Below, piece by piece: positions 9,444 through 20,054 of a stretch of DNA of 64,000 nucleotides. Under the pieces are notes generated by a model, which had not been told where the DNA came from, ran no database searches, and worked only from the letters and a program-made list of their open reading frames with translations. This DNA is from an uncultured bacterium (lineage in GTDB: Bacteria; Bacillota_I; Bacilli_A; RFN20; CAG-826), in assembly GCA_949285665.1 (NCBI GenBank), contig CASDYC010000001.1, positions 456,107-520,106 of the forward strand. The letters run 5' to 3'. The position numbers were made by a program, and so were the translations under genes. Numbering within the stretch: position 1 is the first letter of the stretch; each line of letters begins with the position of its first letter.

Positions 9444-10757
9444 TTATTCAAATTTTTCAATCACTTTAACCACTTCTCCACTTAAATCATAAATTGATGA
9501 AGATAAAATCTTAATTTTGACAATATCTCCTTCACTTAATTCAAAACTTGATTTGACATAAATATTGCCATCGATATCATCTGGAGCATTAAAATAAGTT
9601 CTCACACAATATTCATTACTGTCTTTTAATTTATTTGTAATAATTCCAATCATTTCTTCACCTATATGTTTTTTATTTAATTCATAAGAAATGAAAGTTT
9701 GTTGCTTCATTAGTTCGTTTTTTCTTTTTATTTTTGTCTTTTCTCGAACTTGATCATCCATTAAAAACCCTGCAGTTCCTTCTTCTTTTGAATAAGTAAA
9801 GACTCCAAGATGATCAAATTTATATTTATTTAAAAATGATTTTAATGAATTAAAATCTTTATTATTTTCATGTGGAAATCCAACAATTATTGTTGTTCTT
9901 AAAATTGCTTTTTTATAAGTTGATTTAATTTTATTATATAATTTAATGATGTCTTTTTTTGTATCTTTTCGGTTCATTAATTTAAGCATTTTATTTGTAG
10001 AATGTTGGATCGGAATATCAAAATATGGCAGCAAAACCTCATTATTTTCTTTAATTAAGTTAATTAAACGATCAGAAACTTCATAAGAATAAAGATATAA
10101 TAAACGAATAAATCTAAATGCTTTTAAATTTAGTATATCTTGCAATAAGTTGACAATATCATAATCTTTATAAATATCGGTTCCATATTTTGTGGTATCT
10201 TGAGAAATAATTATTAATTCTTTAATATTTAAAGAAGCTAATCTTTTGGCTTCTTTTAATAATTCTTCTTTTGGAACACTATGAAATTCACCTCTAATTA
10301 ATGGAATTGCACAATATGCACAATGATTTGAACAACCATCTGATATTTTTAAATAAGCAGAAAATTTTGGAGTTGACAATACTCGATAATATGGATTATA
10401 TTCTTGGAAAACTTCATCATTAAATAATGATTTAATTAAAATTGGTAAATTTTTATAATTAGTAATTGGTACTATTAAATCAATTTCTGGAATACTTTCT
10501 TTTAATTCTTTTTCATATCTTTGTGCTAAACATCCGACTACTACAAGCTTTTTTTGATATTTTGCATAGTTTAAAATAACATCTATTGACTCTTTTTTTG
10601 CATCTTCAATAAAACCACATGTATTTATAACAATTACATCAGCATCTTTTGGATTTAAAACAATTTCAAAACCAGACCTTTTAAAAAAAGACAATAATGT
10701 CTCGCTATCAACAGTATTTTTTACACATCCTAAAGAAATTAAAAGTACTTTTTTCAT
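9444..10757 (-). CDS. Radical-SAM methylthiotransferase of the RimO/MiaB family
   Basis: MTTase N-domain cysteines (ISLGCVKN, NTCGFI, VGCLAQRY). Radical-SAM motif SDGCSNHCAYCAIP. C-terminal TRAM-like domain. The start is moved to the ATG that encodes MKKVLL (ORF-track codon 18). Confidence 0.75.
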   Translation of the reverse strand: MKKVLLISLGCVKNTVDSETLLSFFKRSGFEIVLNPKDADVIVINTCGFIEDAKKESIDVILNYAKYQKKLVVVGCLAQRYEKELKESIPEIDLIVPITNYKNLPILIKSLFNDEVFQEYNPYYRVLSTPKFSAYLKISDGCSNHCAYCAIPLIRGEFHSVPKEELLKEAKRLASLNIKELIIISQDTTKYGTDIYKDYDIVNLLQDILNLKAFRFIRLLYLYSYEVSDRLINLIKENNEVLLPYFDIPIQHSTNKMLKLMNRKDTKKDIIKLYNKIKSTYKKAILRTTIIVGFPHENNKDFNSLKSFLNKYKFDHLGVFTYSKEEGTAGFLMDDQVREKTKIKRKNELMKQQTFISYELNKKHIGEEMIGIITNKLKDSNEYCVRTYFNAPDDIDGNIYVKSSFELSEGDIVKIKILSSSIYDLSGEVVKVIEKFE

Positions 10758-11003
10758 TACTAAATAATTATAAACTTTCTTAATCAAAAGAAAAAGATGA
10801 TAAGCCAATTAGAGGGCGATGAAGCTCATCATCTTTTTTGAAAGGAGGTGCAAATTGAAAACTATTACTTATATTATAAAATTATTAAATTATATTGCAA
10901 GAAAAAATTGAAAGCGGTTTCATACTTTTAATTTATAATTTTTTAAGTATTTTTAAAGAAAAGTATATATAAAATTATTATAATTTTATATGAGGTGTTT
11001 ATT

Positions 11004-12848
11004 ATGGAAAATTCTTATAAAATTAATGAAAATTTATACTATATTGGTGCAAGCGACAGAAGAATTCATATTTTTGAAGCAATTCAACCATTAAATTATG
11101 GTATGGCATATAATTCATACTTAATGGTTAATGATAAAACTTGTTTATTTAATACAGTTGATCATTCCGTAAGTGACCAATTTTTTGAAAATTTAGAACA
11201 TTGTTTAAATGGAAGAAAATTAGATTATTTTGTTATTCAACACATGGAACCAGACCATGCAAATTGCATTAAAGAAATTATATTAAGATATCCAAATGTA
11301 AATATAATTTTAAATGCTCAAATCTTAAACATGGTTAAAAATTTCTTTAGAGATTTAGATACAACTAAATTAAATTTAACTATCGTAAAAGACTTAGATA
11401 AAGTTCAAATTGGAGATAAAGAACTTCTTTTTGTATTTGCTCCAATGGTCCACTGGCCAGAAGTTATGATGGTTTATGAAACAACCACTAAAACATTATT
11501 TTCGGCTGATGCTTTTGGTTCATATAATGCATTAAATGGAAAAATATTCTTTGATGAATACAATTATGAAAAAGAATTTTTAGATGAAGCCAGAAGGTAT
11601 TACACAAATATTGTTGGAAAATATGGAAATCCGGTTCAACAATTATTTAATAAAGTTAAAGGCGTTGAATTTGATTTAATTTGTCCACTTCATGGACCAG
11701 TCATTAGAAACAAAAATGATATGGCATATTTAATTAATAAATATGATATTTGGTCAAGTTATACTCCTGAAGAAAAAGGTGTATTAATTGTTTATGGATC
11801 AATTTATGGAAATACAGCAAAAGCTGTTAATAAATTTGCTCATATGTTAGCTGATGCAGGAGTTAAAAATATTAAAATTTATGACTCTTCAATGAACGAT
11901 GTTTCATATTTATTAAGCGATGCATTCAAATATTCTCATCTTGTTATTTTCTCAAGTTCTTATAACGCTGGGGTTTTTCCAAAAATTGAAGAATTTTTAT
12001 TAGCATTAAAAGCTCATAACTTCCAAAATAGAAAGATAGCATTTGTTGAAAATGGAAGCTGGGCACCTACTGCTTTTAATTCTACAAAAGCTTTAATTGA
12101 ATCTTTAGCTGATTGTCAATTATATGATAAAAAAGTAACAATTACTTCAAGCTTATCAGACGCTAATTTAGTTCAATTTGAAGATATTATTAACTTTATT
12201 AAAACTGATTTTACTAAAGTAGATTTAGCAAATTTAAAACCTTTATTTAACATTCCATATGGTTTATATATTTGTTTTGCAAAAGATGAAAAAGAAAATA
12301 AATTAAATGGATGTGTCTGTAATACATTATCTCTTGTATCAGAAAATCCAAATATTTATTCAATAGCCCTAAATAAATCAAATTACACAACAAAATTATT
12401 ACAAGAAAGTAAAAAAATATCTGTTTCTATCTTACACAAACAAGCAACACAAGATTTAATTAAACTATTTGGTTATAATTCTGGAAAAGATATGAATAAA
12501 TTTGAAAACTTTACTGATTATTCCCTAAATTCTTTAAATTTACCATATTTAAATAAAAATTATTCTAATTCATTTGTAAGTGGTGAAATTATTAATTCAG
12601 TTGAAGTTAATGATCATATCGTATTTTATTTTAAAGTTGTTGAAGAAAAAGTTTTATCATATGATGAAACTCTAACCTATTCTTATTATCAAGAAAATAT
12701 TAAACCAAAATTTAAATCAGCAGGCAAAAGAGTTGGCTGGAGATGTAAAATTTGTGGATATTTATACAAAGGTGGAGTCTTACCAGATGACTTTATTTGT
12801 CCATGGTGTAAACATTCAAAAGAAGATTTTGAAAAAGTTTATTATTAA
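11004..12848 (+). CDS. Multidomain flavodiiron protein: metallo-beta-lactamase-like diiron domain, flavodoxin, flavin-reductase-like domain and C-terminal rubredoxin
   Basis: Diiron ligand motif HMEPDHAN. Flavodoxin VLIVYGSIYGNTAKA. A flavin-reductase-like segment runs from about residue 400 to 560. Rubredoxin motifs WRCKICGY and CPWCKH. Start at ATG 11004, preceded by GAGGTG. Confidence 0.75.
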   Translation: MENSYKINENLYYIGASDRRIHIFEAIQPLNYGMAYNSYLMVNDKTCLFNTVDHSVSDQFFENLEHCLNGRKLDYFVIQHMEPDHANCIKEIILRYPNVNIILNAQILNMVKNFFRDLDTTKLNLTIVKDLDKVQIGDKELLFVFAPMVHWPEVMMVYETTTKTLFSADAFGSYNALNGKIFFDEYNYEKEFLDEARRYYTNIVGKYGNPVQQLFNKVKGVEFDLICPLHGPVIRNKNDMAYLINKYDIWSSYTPEEKGVLIVYGSIYGNTAKAVNKFAHMLADAGVKNIKIYDSSMNDVSYLLSDAFKYSHLVIFSSSYNAGVFPKIEEFLLALKAHNFQNRKIAFVENGSWAPTAFNSTKALIESLADCQLYDKKVTITSSLSDANLVQFEDIINFIKTDFTKVDLANLKPLFNIPYGLYICFAKDEKENKLNGCVCNTLSLVSENPNIYSIALNKSNYTTKLLQESKKISVSILHKQATQDLIKLFGYNSGKDMNKFENFTDYSLNSLNLPYLNKNYSNSFVSGEIINSVEVNDHIVFYFKVVEEKVLSYDETLTYSYYQENIKPKFKSAGKRVGWRCKICGYLYKGGVLPDDFICPWCKHSKEDFEKVYY

Positions 12849-12871
12849 TTAAAAAACAAAATATAGCAATT

Positions 12872-12900
12872 AAAAAAAGAAATGTCATTCATTTCTTTTT
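12872..12900. terminator. Bidirectional terminator between the convergent FDP and ABC exporter genes
   Basis: aaaaaaagaaatg-tcatt-catttcttttttt: a hairpin flanked by an A-run and a T-run. Confidence 0.6.
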
Positions 12901-12903
12901 TTA

Positions 12904-14658
12904 TTATTCGTATTGTGAATTATAAAGTTGATAATAATAGCCTTTATTTTTTATTAATTGTTCATGATTACCACTTTCAATTATTTTCCCACTATCTAAA
13001 ACAATAATTAAGTCACTATTTTTAATTGTTGGTAAACGATGAGCAATTACAATTGAAGTTTTATGTTTTAATAATTTATCAAACGCTTTTGTAACTTTAT
13101 CTTCTGTTAAAGCATCAATATTACTCGTTGCTTCATCTAAAATAACAAAATTTGGATTTTTTAATATCGCTCTTGCAATACATATTAATTGCATTTCTCC
13201 AATACTAAGTCCAGAATTATCAGAAATTAAAGTATCGTAACCATTTTTTAAATTACGAATAAAATTATCTGCTTGAGCCTTTTTTGCTGCATCTATAATT
13301 AAATTTTCATCACTTATATCACTTCCAAAGGTAATATTTTCTTTAACAGTTCCATTAAAAATCCAGGTATCTTGTAATACCATGGCAATATTTTCTCTAA
13401 ATTTATCAATATCTAGTGAATATAAATTTTTATTATTAATTAATATTTCACCGTTTTGAATTTTATAAAATCCCATAATTAAATTAATTATAGTAGTTTT
13501 ACCACAACCTGTTTTCCCTACAATTGAAATTCTTTGTCCTTTATTTAAATTAAATGATAAACTATCAATTATTTTTTTATTTTGATCATAAGAAAAGTCG
13601 ACATTTTTTAATACTAATTCTTTAATATCATCATTTAATAATTCTTTTCCATTATTAATTTCTTCATCAAGAGTTAATATTTCATAAACCCTATTAAATG
13701 ATGCAAGAGCGTTTTGAAGTTCAGTAACAGTTGCTGAAATATCATTAAATGGTTTTGCATATGAATTTGCATAAACAAGTAATGCTTGCAAACCTCCAAC
13801 ACTTAATGTTAATCCTAAACCAATAAATGCATCACTATAAACAATCATAAAAGCACCTAATAATAAGACAAAACAATATGTAATATTGTTTAAAAATCGA
13901 GTTGTAGGATTAACCCAACTTGAATAAAATTGAGCCTTTTGACCAGATTTATATAATTCTTTATCTAATTTTTGAAAATTAAAGTTTCTATTATCTTCAA
14001 AATTATATGTTTTATTTATTATTAAATTATTGAGTGATTCTAAAGAAAATGAAGATAATTTTCCACTGCTTGAAGCTTGTAATTTAAAATATTTATTACA
14101 TTTTTTTGCAATAAAATAACTAATATAAATACTTAATGGAGTAATTAAAACAATGACCATAGCAAGTAGCCAATTTAGATAGAACATAATTACAAAAATT
14201 ACAATAATTGATATAATTCCTTGATAAAATTGTTTAAATCCACCAATTAATCCGTTTGAAATATTTTCTATATCATTAATTTCTCTAAGCAATAAATCAC
14301 CTTTATTTCTTGAATCTAAATCCTTGATTGCAAGTTTATTATATTTTGTATATAAATCGTCTCTAAATTTTTTAACAAGAGATTGAACAAAATAACTTGA
14401 TAAAAATTCAAACAAATATTGCAAAATAATTGAAAAAACAATTAACAAAACTATAAATAAAATATTTTGTGAAATAGTTGTTAAAATCGTATCAATTGAG
14501 TCGCTTTTGCCCATTTCTTCAATATAATCAATTATATTTCCGGAAATAATTGGAATAACTAATTGAGCAACGACAAAGACAATTGCTAAAAATAATATAG
14601 CAACTAATAAAAATATAAGAGGTTTTATATATTTTAAAATAAATCTAAACTTACTCAT
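12904..14658 (-). CDS. Heterodimeric ABC exporter subunit (TMD-NBD) with a degenerate signature motif
   Basis: Six-TM domain. Walker A GKTGCGKTT. Signature LSIGEMQ in place of LSGGQ. Walker B ILDEATSNID keeps the catalytic Glu. Confidence 0.8.
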   Translation of the reverse strand: MSKFRFILKYIKPLIFLLVAILFLAIVFVVAQLVIPIISGNIIDYIEEMGKSDSIDTILTTISQNILFIVLLIVFSIILQYLFEFLSSYFVQSLVKKFRDDLYTKYNKLAIKDLDSRNKGDLLLREINDIENISNGLIGGFKQFYQGIISIIVIFVIMFYLNWLLAMVIVLITPLSIYISYFIAKKCNKYFKLQASSSGKLSSFSLESLNNLIINKTYNFEDNRNFNFQKLDKELYKSGQKAQFYSSWVNPTTRFLNNITYCFVLLLGAFMIVYSDAFIGLGLTLSVGGLQALLVYANSYAKPFNDISATVTELQNALASFNRVYEILTLDEEINNGKELLNDDIKELVLKNVDFSYDQNKKIIDSLSFNLNKGQRISIVGKTGCGKTTIINLIMGFYKIQNGEILINNKNLYSLDIDKFRENIAMVLQDTWIFNGTVKENITFGSDISDENLIIDAAKKAQADNFIRNLKNGYDTLISDNSGLSIGEMQLICIARAILKNPNFVILDEATSNIDALTEDKVTKAFDKLLKHKTSIVIAHRLPTIKNSDLIIVLDSGKIIESGNHEQLIKNKGYYYQLYNSQYE

Positions 14659-14660
14659 AT

Positions 14661-16391
14661 TTAGATATCCTTTGTTTGAATGTCATAAATTTGTTTATAT
14701 AACGGAGAAATTTTTAACAATTCATCATTATTTCCAATTGCTTGAATTTCTCCATTATCTATAACTATAATGGCATCTAAATCTTTTAAACTTGATATTC
14801 TTTGTGAAATAATAATTGTTGAAAGATTGCAATTTCTCTGCAATTGTTCAATATTTTTTCTAATTGTCTTTTCTGATAAATAATCAAGAGCGCTAAAAGA
14901 ATCATCGATTATTAATAATTTTGAATCTTTAAGTAAACTTCTTGCAAGAGATAATCTTTGTTTTTGTCCACCTGAAAAATTAGTTCCATTTTCTTCGACT
15001 TCGTGATTTATTCCATCATCATATTTCATTACAAATTCATAAGCATTAGCTAATTTTAAAGCATTTATAATTTCTTCATCACTTGCATCTTTTTTGGCAA
15101 TTAACATATTTGATTTAATTGTTCCTTTATAAAGGAGTGATTTTTGAGGTGAATAAGAAATTAATTCTTTTAAATAATCAATATTATAATCATTTAAATT
15201 ATTTCCAAAAAAATTAATCTTACCATTACTTGCGTTATATAATCGTAAAATTAAATTAACAATACTTGTTTTACCTGAACCAGTTGTTCCAATTATTCCT
15301 AAAGATTTACCTTTTTCAAGTTTAAAATTTAAATTATTTAAAACATTTTTCTTTCCATCATTAAATGAAAAACTAACATTATTAAATTCTAAACAGTTTA
15401 AAGAATGTTCATCAATTTTATTTAAATTACCAGATTTTATTTCATTTTGTTCGTTTAAAAAATCATCAAGTCTTTTTTTACTGGCAAATGCTTTATTAAA
15501 AATAACAACTAGATTGCTGACAACTAATAATGCAACTAAAATTTGATTTAAATAATTAATTAAAGCAACAATTTCTCCACCATTTAAATTAAAAAATCCT
15601 GGATAAAATGAAGTAAAATATAAAATTAAAACGATACCGACATTAATTATTCCAAATGTTAATGGATTAATAAATGAATTAAATTTTTCTACACTTAATA
15701 CTTTCTTTTTATAATCATTTGATTCTTTTTTAAATTTAACAACTTCTTCATCTTGATAATTAAAAGCTCTTATAACTCTGCTTCCTTTTAAATTATCTGA
15801 GACATTATTGCTTAAATGGTCTAATTGTTTTTGAATTATTAAATATCTTTTTGATGCATAAGAAATAATAAAATATAAGATAATTGAAATAATTATTGTT
15901 AATCCTAAAAATATAAATCCGACAATGTAATTAATAATAAATGAACATATCATTGCACCCAATACTAAAAAAGGTGCTCTAATTAATAATCTAATTCCAA
16001 CTGCAACGGCATTTTGCATATATATTGAATCATTTGTAATTATGGTTTGAATATAACCTTTAGAAAAAGAATTAATTTGTCTTAAAGATAAATTATTTGA
16101 ATGTTCAAATATTTTATCTCTTAGTAGCGTTCCATAGCCTTGGGAGGCAATGCTTGCAAAATATTGACAAACAAGCGTTGAAGTTAATCCTAATATTCCA
16201 AGACTTATAATTAAAATACATCTAGTTATAATAAAAAATACATCATTATTAACAATTCCAATATTTATAACATCGCTCACAATAAATGGAATTATAAGTT
16301 CAAAAATGACTTCAAAAGATTTAAAGATTGGACCTGCTATTAATTGTTTTTTAAAATATTTTAATAAAGATAACGACTTACTTTTTTTCAT
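14661..16391 (-). CDS. Heterodimeric ABC exporter subunit (TMD-NBD) whose Walker B lacks the catalytic Glu
   Basis: Walker A GTTGSGKTS. Canonical signature FSGGQKQRLSLA. Walker B LIIDDSFSALD has D-S where D-E is expected. Paired with the downstream subunit this predicts one degenerate and one consensus ATP site (BmrCD/LmrCD-type). Confidence 0.8.
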   Translation of the reverse strand: MKKSKSLSLLKYFKKQLIAGPIFKSFEVIFELIIPFIVSDVINIGIVNNDVFFIITRCILIISLGILGLTSTLVCQYFASIASQGYGTLLRDKIFEHSNNLSLRQINSFSKGYIQTIITNDSIYMQNAVAVGIRLLIRAPFLVLGAMICSFIINYIVGFIFLGLTIIISIILYFIISYASKRYLIIQKQLDHLSNNVSDNLKGSRVIRAFNYQDEEVVKFKKESNDYKKKVLSVEKFNSFINPLTFGIINVGIVLILYFTSFYPGFFNLNGGEIVALINYLNQILVALLVVSNLVVIFNKAFASKKRLDDFLNEQNEIKSGNLNKIDEHSLNCLEFNNVSFSFNDGKKNVLNNLNFKLEKGKSLGIIGTTGSGKTSIVNLILRLYNASNGKINFFGNNLNDYNIDYLKELISYSPQKSLLYKGTIKSNMLIAKKDASDEEIINALKLANAYEFVMKYDDGINHEVEENGTNFSGGQKQRLSLARSLLKDSKLLIIDDSFSALDYLSEKTIRKNIEQLQRNCNLSTIIISQRISSLKDLDAIIVIDNGEIQAIGNNDELLKISPLYKQIYDIQTKDI

Positions 16392-16794
16392 AATTAACTA
16401 ATCTAAATAATTCAAATCCTATAATAATTGCATCAAGTAATGCAATCATAGATAAAATAATAGATAAATTATTTATATCTATATCATTAATTATTGGTCC
16501 AGTTAAAAATAAAATAATACAATTTATAAACATTGAAATTCCAATAATACTTGAAAAAACAATCTTTAAAACTCTAAATTTACTACTTAAACATTCAAAA
16601 AATAAATAAATAATATTGATAATTAAACTAACTGATAAAAACACAAAAAACATGACAAAACTTGCATTATTTTGAATAAAAATTATATTAAAAAAATTTA
16701 AATTATCATTATAATTTAAAGAAAGTAAACCAAATAAAATAATAATCAATATTAAACTAAAACTTATTAAAAATAACGACTTAAATTTTTTCAT
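16378..16794 (-). CDS. Small polytopic membrane protein of unknown function
   Basis: 138 aa with four predicted TM segments. Its stop overlaps the ABC exporter start by 14 nt. No recognisable motif. Confidence 0.4.
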   Translation of the reverse strand: MKKFKSLFLISFSLILIIILFGLLSLNYNDNLNFFNIIFIQNNASFVMFFVFLSVSLIINIIYLFFECLSSKFRVLKIVFSSIIGISMFINCIILFLTGPIINDIDINNLSIILSMIALLDAIIIGFELFRLVNYEKK

Positions 16795-16797
16795 ACC

Positions 16798-17535
16798 TTA
16801 ATATTTTACATCAAATAAGTATAATCCATTAGCATTTAAACAATATGCAGTTACATTTCTTGAAGTTAAGTTATTTAATTTATCTAATATTTCTTCTTTT
16901 TTAATTTTATTTTGTCCATAAAGTAAGATATTAGCTGAAATCATTCTAACTTGATACCTCATAAAACCATCACCATAAAATCTAATGTGAATTAAATTAT
17001 TTTTCTTATATATTTTAATTTTATAAATACATCTAATAAAATTAAATTCATCTTCTTCTTTAGATGTAAAATTTATAAAACATTTTTGTCCAATAAACAG
17101 TTTTGCAATTTTTTTCATTTTATTAATGGATGTTTTGTTAAATGAATCAATAACATAATTATTTAAAAATGGATTATGTTGAAAATTATTAATTACCATA
17201 TCATATATTTTTATTTTTACATTAAATCGAGCATTAAAGTTTTCGTCAACTTGTTTAATATCTTTAATATAAATATCATTAGGTAGCATTTTATTTAATC
17301 GATATTTTAAATCATTTAAATCATAATTTAATTTGTCTATAAAAAAATTAGCATATTGATTTAAAGCGTGAACTTTTGCATCAGTTCGACCACTTCCATA
17401 TATTTTAATTTCTTTATTAAATAATTTTGATAAAACATTCTCTAATTCTTGTTGAACACTTCTAAAATTAGGTTGTTTTTGAAACCCATAAAAATTACTA
17501 CCATCATATGAAAATCTTAATAATAAATTGATCAT
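16798..17535 (-). CDS. truA: tRNA pseudouridine(38-40) synthase TruA
   Basis: Motifs RFSYDGSNFYGFQKQPN and GSGRTDAKVHA. It sits directly downstream of ecfT, as in the Firmicutes ecfA-ecfA-ecfT-truA arrangement. Confidence 0.8.
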   Translation of the reverse strand: MINLLLRFSYDGSNFYGFQKQPNFRSVQQELENVLSKLFNKEIKIYGSGRTDAKVHALNQYANFFIDKLNYDLNDLKYRLNKMLPNDIYIKDIKQVDENFNARFNVKIKIYDMVINNFQHNPFLNNYVIDSFNKTSINKMKKIAKLFIGQKCFINFTSKEEDEFNFIRCIYKIKIYKKNNLIHIRFYGDGFMRYQVRMISANILLYGQNKIKKEEILDKLNNLTSRNVTAYCLNANGLYLFDVKY

Positions 17536-17537
17536 AA

Positions 17538-18416
17538 TTACCTCAAAACCGTTATTGTACTTGTAAAATTAAATAAAACTTCTAATAAATCAAACTGCAT
17601 ATAAGCTAAATAAAATAAGAAACAACAGCATCCTGTTACAAAAATAAATGAAAATAAATCAGCTAGAGAAAACTTATAAATGTGATAACGAGTTCTTTTT
17701 TTACTTGGAATAAATCCTCGAATAGTCATTGCATCAGCCATATCAAGACTTCTTGAAATTGCTGATAATAATAATGGAACAATAATTGAAGTAAAAGTTA
17801 TTATTCTTTTAAAAATATTTCCAGTTGTAAAATTTGCTCCTCTTGATTCTTGTGCTTTTTTAATTCTTGTAGTCTCATTTAAAATTAATGGAATACACCT
17901 TAAAACAAGTGAGATAATCATTGCAAAATCACTGACTGGAAATTTAATAAGTTTTAATGGATACATATACCACTCTAAAGCAAATGATAAGTCAGTTGAT
18001 TTTGTTGTTGAAGTTAAAATAACTGTCAATAATATCATCATTATTAAACGAAGCAATATTCTAAAAGATTGTAAAATTGATTCCCAATAAATGTTATATT
18101 CATAAATATCAAACGCTACCGTTACATAATTTTTATTTGGTAAAAATATATTAATTAAAAATATAAATAAAAATGTAATCCAAATAAATTTTAATGATTT
18201 TAAAATTGTTATAAATTTAATTTTTGAAATAAACATTATAATAGAAATTAAAACTAATAAAATTCCATCAATAATTAAAGTTGTAACAAAAGTGCCATAG
18301 CTAAAAAATACCGCAACCATTAAAATAACAAGAAAAAATAACTTCAATCTGCAATCGATTTTATGGATTATTGTATTATATGGAGTATAATTCCCAAAAA
18401 CAAAATCATTTCCCAT
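17538..18416 (-). CDS. ecfT: Energy-coupling factor transporter transmembrane component EcfT
   Basis: 292-aa polytopic protein downstream of two ECF-type ATPases. Its position and size fit CbiQ/EcfT. Confidence 0.7.
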   Translation of the reverse strand: MGNDFVFGNYTPYNTIIHKIDCRLKLFFLVILMVAVFFSYGTFVTTLIIDGILLVLISIIMFISKIKFITILKSLKFIWITFLFIFLINIFLPNKNYVTVAFDIYEYNIYWESILQSFRILLRLIMMILLTVILTSTTKSTDLSFALEWYMYPLKLIKFPVSDFAMIISLVLRCIPLILNETTRIKKAQESRGANFTTGNIFKRIITFTSIIVPLLLSAISRSLDMADAMTIRGFIPSKKRTRYHIYKFSLADLFSFIFVTGCCCFLFYLAYMQFDLLEVLFNFTSTITVLR

Positions 18417-19251
18417 TCTTTTTTAACTCCACAATGAAATCATCAATATTTTTAACTTTATTAATATCAATAAATCTTTCAAAATCTCTACAAAACTCAA
18501 ATATTTTTGGCTTAACTATACCATAATTTTCTAAATCATCTCTTTTAAAAACACTATAAACATCATTAAAATCAATAACCTTACCTTTATCCATTAAAAT
18601 TACATCATTGCAACAATTTAAAACTAAATCCATATCATGAGTTACTAATAAAATTGAAACACCACTTTCATATAATTTTTTTAAAAGATTAATTAAATCG
18701 TTTTTACCACTTACATCTAGGCCACTTGTTGGCTCATCAAGCAATAAATATTTTGGTTTTAAGGCTAAAATTCCAGCTAAAGCAGCTCTTCTTTTTTCTC
18801 CCCCAGATAAATTAAGTGGACTTTTTTCATATAAATTTTCATTTAAATTAACTAATTTTAATGATTCAATTGCTAATTTTTTTGCTTCTTCTTTTTCAAT
18901 TTTAAAATTGAGTGGTGCAAACATAACATCATCTAAAACGGTATTTTCAAATAATTGATTTTCAGAAAATTGGAATAAATAACCAACTTTTTTTCTAATT
19001 TCTACAATATTTTTTTTAGATTTTTTATAATTACTTGTAATTTTAAAATCGTCCAAAATAACTTCACCATCATTTGGAATTAATAAACCATTTAAATGTT
19101 GTAAAAAAGTTGTTTTACCACTTCCAGTTTTTCCAATAATTGCTGTGAAAAAATGATCTTTAAGTTTTAAAGATATATTATTTAAAGCAGATGTTTCAAT
19201 ATCTGTTTTCTTATTATAAACATGAGTTAAATTATTTATAATGATTGCCAT
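18406..19251 (-). CDS. ecfA2: ECF transporter ATPase EcfA2
   Basis: Walker A GKTGSGKTT, signature LSGGEKRRAALA, Walker B LLLDEPTSGLD. It is the second ATPase of the module. Confidence 0.8.
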   Translation of the reverse strand: MAIIINNLTHVYNKKTDIETSALNNISLKLKDHFFTAIIGKTGSGKTTFLQHLNGLLIPNDGEVILDDFKITSNYKKSKKNIVEIRKKVGYLFQFSENQLFENTVLDDVMFAPLNFKIEKEEAKKLAIESLKLVNLNENLYEKSPLNLSGGEKRRAALAGILALKPKYLLLDEPTSGLDVSGKNDLINLLKKLYESGVSILLVTHDMDLVLNCCNDVILMDKGKVIDFNDVYSVFKRDDLENYGIVKPKIFEFCRDFERFIDINKVKNIDDFIVELKKNGK

Positions 19252-20054
19252 ATTTTATCCCTTATAGTTTTTAAAGAATCATTAAAATCTAGAGTAAAAC
19301 CAGCTTTTTTTAATTTAGTAACTAATTCATATTTAAAAGGTGGATTAATATTTAAAGTTTTTAATAATTCTTCGTTTTTAAATAAATTATCTGGTGTCCC
19401 ATCATATGATATTTTTTGATCTTTTAAAACTAAAACTCTATTAGTTAATAATACTTCTTCCATATTGTGAGTAATTATAATTAAAGTCATTTTATTATCA
19501 GTTTTTTTTAATTTTTCTATAATATTACTAACTTCTAATTCGCCTTTTGGATCAAGCATACTTGTAGCTTCATCAAAAATTAATAATGATAAATTTAAAG
19601 CTAGATTACTTGCAATTGCTACACGTTGTTTTTGTCCTCCAGATAATAAATTTGGCTGATATTTTTTATAATTAATCATGTCAACTAAGTTTAATTTTTC
19701 GTCAATAATTTTTGGCATATCTTTAGGATTTATACATCTATTTTCTAATCCAAAGGCAACATCATCTTCAACGGTATTTCCAATAAATTGATTATCAGGA
19801 TTTTGAAAAATCATTCCAAAATTTTTTCTTATTTCTTCATTTGATATTGAATAATTTTTATTTTTAAAAAATAATTCTCCTTTTGTGGGTTCAATTAACT
19901 TTGTTATTAATTTTCCAAGAGTTGATTTTCCAGATCCATTTTCTCCAATAATTGAAATAATTTCACCTTCGTTTATGCTAAAAGAGATGTTATTTAAAGC
20001 AACATCTTTTTTGTTATAAATTAAAGATACATTTTTTAATTCAATTAATTTCAT
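19236..20054 (-). CDS. ecfA1: ECF transporter ATPase EcfA1
   Basis: Walker A GENGSGKST, signature LSGGQKQRVAIA, Walker B IFDEATSMLD. It is the first ATPase of the module. Confidence 0.8.
   Translation of the reverse strand: MKLIELKNVSLIYNKKDVALNNISFSINEGEIISIIGENGSGKSTLGKLITKLIEPTKGELFFKNKNYSISNEEIRKNFGMIFQNPDNQFIGNTVEDDVAFGLENRCINPKDMPKIIDEKLNLVDMINYKKYQPNLLSGGQKQRVAIASNLALNLSLLIFDEATSMLDPKGELEVSNIIEKLKKTDNKMTLIIITHNMEEVLLTNRVLVLKDQKISYDGTPDNLFKNEELLKTLNINPPFKYELVTKLKKAGFTLDFNDSLKTIRDKIWQSL

Noticed and set aside
10841-10910. RBS-like AAAGGAGGTG followed by a TTG-initiated 18-codon mini-ORF in the rimO/FDP divergent region
   Set aside because: There is no conservation evidence. AT-rich intergenic DNA yields such short frames often. 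It might be a leader peptide, but it is unsupported.
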